Assembly (NCBI RefSeq): GCF_000142905.1
Contig: NW_013657658.1
Location: 124,001 to 187,821, forward strand
From: Thecamonas trahens ATCC 50062
Lineage: Eukaryota > Protista > Apusomonadida
Length of the DNA: 63,821 nt
Direction: 5' to 3'
Shown here: piece after piece, positions 62,101 through 63,821 of the stretch
Numbering within the stretch: position 1 is the first letter of the stretch
Layout of the letters: each line of letters starts with the position of its first letter
The notes under the pieces: generated by a model
What the model was told of the DNA's origin: nothing
What the model saw: only the letters and a program-made list of their open reading frames with translations
Database searches by the model: none
Program-made: the position numbers and the translations under genes

Positions 62101-63785
62101 GGCTGCCAGCGCCGCGTTGAACAGTTCGACGTAAGCAACCAGGAGCTCGGCAATGAGCTTGGCGATGGTCGCCTTGGCCTGTGGCGAGTCGTGGGGCAGC
62201 GGGAGGCCAACAGCGGCCGCGCCGGTTCCGCGGTAGAACGCCGTAGCGAGGCGAAGCGCCGACACAAACTTACCGCGCTGCGCAAGGCCCTGGACCCGCT
62301 CGGCCCATGTAAGAACCGCAGCCTTGTACAGGCCGCCCATGCCGAGCAGAAAGGCGGTCCGCCCGCTCACAGCAAGACATGGCGCGTACGAGACTGCGCC
62401 GTCGGGTGCAGTCTCGAACGCCAGGTCGAGTGAGACTACTGAGATCGTCTCGAGCGGCGCGAGGCTGTGGGCGTCGACAAAGACGATGGTGAGGTTCGAG
62501 GTGAGCGCGAGGAGGACCGACGACGACAGGAAGCGCAACTCGACAACGGCGGCGGTCGTGGGCGGGCCAAGGCTTGCCTGCCGCTCGGCGACCGGTACAA
62601 GTCCAGACACATCGTCGCAAGCGATCGAGGTCAGCGAGACCTGCGAGCCGTGCGCAACGGCAAGGAGCGGCGCGTGCGGACTCCACGCTGTGCGCGGCCA
62701 AAGTCGCCGACGGATGCGCTGGCTGGAGCGTTGGTCGCCGACGGGAGGCGGAAGACAACCCGTGTCTTTGGGTGCAGGCTAATGACCGAGACCGAGACCG
62801 CGGTGGCGACGGCGTAGAGCGACGAGGAGGCGATCTGCGGCGGCGCCAGGCTCCGGCCGCTGGTCAGCGGCTTGAGGTCGTGCACCCGCCCGGCCTGTCC
62901 GTCAACGAGGACCCCGGTCTCGGCCTTCCAGCCGAGCAGCGCCTTGCTAAACGAGGTGACCGAGAGCGCGCCGGAGGCGTCGCCCCAAAGCACTGCCGGC
63001 TTGTCGAGAACCAGGCTCGCGAGCGCGACCGGTGATGGCGACGCGAGCGTGTCAAGAACCTTGAGCGGCCGAGCGTCGTCAGCATTCCACAGAACGAGTG
63101 CGCCTGAGGCGTGGCCGGCGGCGACGACCTGGAACTCGCCAAAGTGGGCCGGCGAGTAGCCACCGGCGATGGCGGTGATGGCGCCCAGGGCCATGCCTGG
63201 GCCGGAGCCCAGCGAGCCGAGCACGTTGGCGAGCACATAGCCTCGCTTGCCCGATGCCGCCGTCCGTGCCATAAACCGCAGCACAAGGCCGTGTGACGAG
63301 CCGAGGAGCAGCACCGGGTGCGACGCAGTCGGCTCTGGCGCGGGCGGGGGCGCTGCGAGCGCTACCACAGTTGGCAAGCCCATCCGCGACTGCAGCTTTG
63401 GCCGGGTCATGTACGCCGAAATGCTCTTGAGCAGCGAGAGCCGGACAATGCCAGACGTTTCGGGCGAGTCGGCCGGTACCGCCCGTAGCGGCGAGACCCG
63501 GGTCAGCCCATCGGCAGCAGCGTCGCTGACCGGAACTGGCGCCTGGCTTGCAGCCGCATCCAACGACTGCGCCTGCAACGAGCCCGACGGTGGTGACGGG
63601 CCCGGCGGCGGTGACAAACTCGGCGGCGGCGACGATGAACTCGGCGGCGGTGAAGGAGCCTCCAGAGCAGCCACTAGCGAGGGTGTGGAGGCTGGAGCAA
63701 AGGCAGCCGCGTCTGCAGCAAACTCTGCCGGAGGTGTGTCTGGTGCAGCGAGGGCCTCCTCCAGAAGACTGCGGGTGGAGGACAT
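59130..63785 (-). CDS. VPS8: Vacuolar protein sorting 8 (CORVET subunit); three apparent frameshifts
   Basis: N-terminal propeller. Vps8 domain LEPYLL..L..LAP..MHDFV...CILNMD..SLDFHQVVTLC...LWEALIYVF. Clathrin-like repeat YRLD...ATAYLLER. C-terminal RING CAMC...FKCGH.FHQEC...CPTC. Confidence 0.88.
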
Positions 63786-63821
63786 GGAGAGGGTGGCAGG
63801 GGTAGGGGTAGGGGGGGGGGG

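Noticed and set aside
6028-63785. Membrane-trafficking cluster (TSET, RAB21, I-BAR, PAK, VPS8)
   Set aside because: Interspersed with unrelated housekeeping genes over ~58 kb. Plausible by chance in a gene-dense genome.
1-63821. tRNA, rRNA or spliceosomal snRNA genes
   Set aside because: No recognisable signature found by eye. A tRNAscan-SE/Infernal run is needed to exclude them.

Overview
Gene-dense, very GC-rich eukaryotic nuclear DNA. Introns are sparse and 5'-biased (donor GTACG), spacers are poly-C/G, and there are three N-gaps. The gene content (TSET subunit, CEP192, WDR17, heme-type CBS, a selenoprotein) fits a flagellated protist such as an apusomonad, but this assignment is inference. 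About 27 host genes are supported: EGF/type II membrane protein (partial), PSMA2, RluA-family pseudouridine synthase, CBS, TSET TTRAY2/TWD40-2, SELENOO, NDUFA2, WDR17, NUP42, a small membrane protein, a PTS1 crotonase, RSA3-like, UFD2, CEP192, a WW/C2 protein, a Big_5-like protein, a Lys-rich protein, RAB21, an I-BAR protein, a hypothetical, a zinc-finger/RyR-repeat protein, tandem DSBA/GST-kappa, GTF3C4, a PH-CRIB PAK kinase, a tandem USP protein, a Cys-less thioredoxin-fold protein and VPS8. Highlights: (1) a complete hAT DNA transposon (9491-12300) with 13-bp TIRs, a perfect 8-bp TSD and an intact transposase, inserted into a 52-bp intergenic space. (2) SELENOO with an in-frame UGA (VVT-U-SS*) and a well-formed 3' SECIS. 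(3) Unusual domain architectures: a dynein-stalk-MTBD-like segment with WW and C2 domains, an A20-like finger with tandem RyR repeats, and a bacterial-type Ig domain. (4) Structured tandem arrays between divergent genes. (5) Seven apparent frameshifts that all need one extra base, most likely sequencing under-calls. No tRNA, rRNA or CRISPR array was recognised. All homology calls are from motif recognition by eye, not database searches.
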